Assembly (NCBI RefSeq): GCF_006345805.1
Contig: NC_043004.1
Span: forward strand, 53,754,001-53,818,000
Source of the DNA: Octopus sinensis
Lineage: Eukaryota
Direction: 5' to 3'
DNA: 64,000 nucleotides
Part shown: positions 63,746 to 64,000 of the stretch, piece after piece
Position numbering within the stretch: the stretch's first letter is position 1
Layout: each line of letters begins with the position of its first letter
Made by a program: the position numbers and the translations under genes
The notes under the pieces: generated by a model
Seen by the model: the letters and a program-made list of their open reading frames with translations, nothing else
Database searches by the model: none
What the model was told of the DNA's origin: nothing

Positions 63746-64000
63746 TAAATATTTAACTTGACAACAAAAGAACACGCTGTTGTAGATTCTCTGGAGACAG
63801 TTCGTGCGGGACCCATTTTCCAAGTCCTTTCCAATCCTTTTCAGTTGGCGTAGAACTGATGTATGGGTTACGTTAAACTGTTCTGCAAGTTTTCTACAAG
63901 TAACTGGTGGATTTTCTGCGACAACAGATTCTAAAACTTCGGAATGAATGACTGTACCTCGAAAATTTAAAGAAATTAACAGCTATGAAACGATCGTAGT

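Larger units (their letters stand above)
62735..64000. mobile_element. 814-bp tandem unit: inverted HHR arm / 187-bp mariner cargo / arm + tail / (TA)n; second unit runs off the window
   Basis: AATTAGAGAC at 62741 and 63555; arms 62735-62919 vs 63128-63315; cargo 62943-63129 and 63759-63945 match the mariner at 62315-62501. Confidence 0.9.

Noticed and set aside
62735-64000. CRISPR-like or prokaryotic repeat array
   Set aside because: Two 814-bp units with near-identical inserts in a eukaryotic context; no short repeat-spacer structure or cas genes

Overview
Eukaryotic, repeat-dominated, gene-poor window. The SINE families and (TA)n/(CA)n/(GATA)n density suggest an octopus/cephalopod genome (inference from recognition, not a search). 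No host protein-coding gene can be supported, and most ORFs in the track are microsatellite translations. Contents: three copies of an L1/Tx1-type LINE, all flanked by (GATA)n; several Penelope-like element (PLE) remnants with C-terminal GIY-YIG endonuclease; three mariner and one Tc1-like remnant; a piggyBac remnant; a CR1-type RT remnant; non-autonomous Helitrons; MITE-like elements; and many tRNA-derived SINEs. The main hidden signal is a dense set of type I hammerhead ribozyme (HHR) motifs from about seven unrelated sequence families. They sit mostly in (TA)n-flanked PLE-type terminal repeats, several of which share an 'inverted arm / spacer / arm + tail' fold-back architecture. Examples are a 2-kb palindrome with a snap-back junction, a terminally redundant 434-bp retrozyme-like monomer, an 814-bp tandem HHR unit carrying 187 bp of mariner cargo, and a recurrent non-canonical core (CCGANGA with a GUU triplet). 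All alignments, pairings and counts were done by eye, so coordinates may be off by a few bases.
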